Part shown: piece after piece, positions 63,918-64,000 of the stretch
Numbering within the stretch: the first letter of the stretch is position 1
Layout: every line of letters begins with the position of its first letter
Source of the DNA: an uncultured Candidatus Saccharibacteria bacterium
GTDB taxonomy: Bacteria; Patescibacteriota; Doudnabacteria; UBA920
Direction: 5' to 3'
DNA length: 64,000 nucleotides
Assembly: GCA_964490395.1 (NCBI GenBank)
Contig: CAZBAS010000002.1
Coordinates: 127,291 to 191,290 of the forward strand
The notes under the pieces: generated by a model
Databases searched by the model: none
Seen by the model: the letters and a program-made list of their open reading frames with translations, nothing else
Told to the model about the DNA's origin: nothing
Position numbers and translations under genes: made by a program

Positions 63918-64000
63918 TACTTGCGCAGGGCCGCAAGTTGCTCTTTGCTCTTCAATACCTTAAACGCTGCGAATACTGCCTTAATGTTATTTACCTTGTT
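63918..64000 (-). CDS. rpsE: 30S ribosomal protein S5, C-terminal end (partial; N-terminus beyond the window).
   Basis: C-terminal peptide ...NKVNNIKAVFAAFKVLKSKEQLAALRK resembles S5 C-termini (..[26 protein letters not shown]). Sits directly upstream of rplO with no L30 gene between. Confidence 0.55.

Noticed and set aside
1-64000. The window considered as a prophage or integrative element because of the many repeats.
   Set aside because: There are no phage structural, terminase, integrase or replication genes. The repeats are interleaved with core housekeeping operons (dcw, glycolysis, ribosomal).

Overview
Gene-dense segment of a small bacterial chromosome, roughly 45% GC. From 19 kb onward almost all genes are on the minus strand. 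The content suggests a reduced Patescibacteria/CPR-like genome:

- a dcw cluster (mraZ-rsmH-ftsL-ftsI) with an MraZ-type GTGGG operator array;
- a contiguous glycolysis and pentose-phosphate block (gpmI-eno-pgk-gap-fba-pfkB-tkt(split)-rpe-rpiB-tpiA-galT);
- recJ, rnhA, ruvX, htrA, dnaX, mreB, dinB and a GAF/PAS histidine kinase with a receiver;
- secY-rplO-rpsE with no L30 gene between S5 and L15;
- many secreted or membrane hypothetical proteins;
- a tRNA-Gln followed by a RAYT/IS200-like HuH transposase flanked by REP-like hairpin doublets, then a small DNA-repair set (Ogt, UDG-superfamily, two NUDIX).

No CRISPR array, rRNA or phage structural genes are present.

The most unusual signal is architectural. 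From about 18.8 kb to the window end, nearly every intergenic gap is a long, AT-rich, imperfect palindrome. Each is built from a short word repeated on one arm and its reverse complement on the other. They fall into at least five sequence families plus several singletons, and some copies are about 90% identical.

One palindrome carries an intact 23S-rRNA-IVS-type four-helix-bundle gene in its loop, and a second carries a truncated copy. This suggests an IVS-like, possibly mobile, hairpin-element system sitting between protein-coding genes. A separate 58-bp palindromic repeat occurs three times in the first 3.1 kb, with its loop inverted between copies. A membrane-anchored TraD/VirD4-like ATPase with an unusual ~420 aa N-terminal domain lies next to secY.
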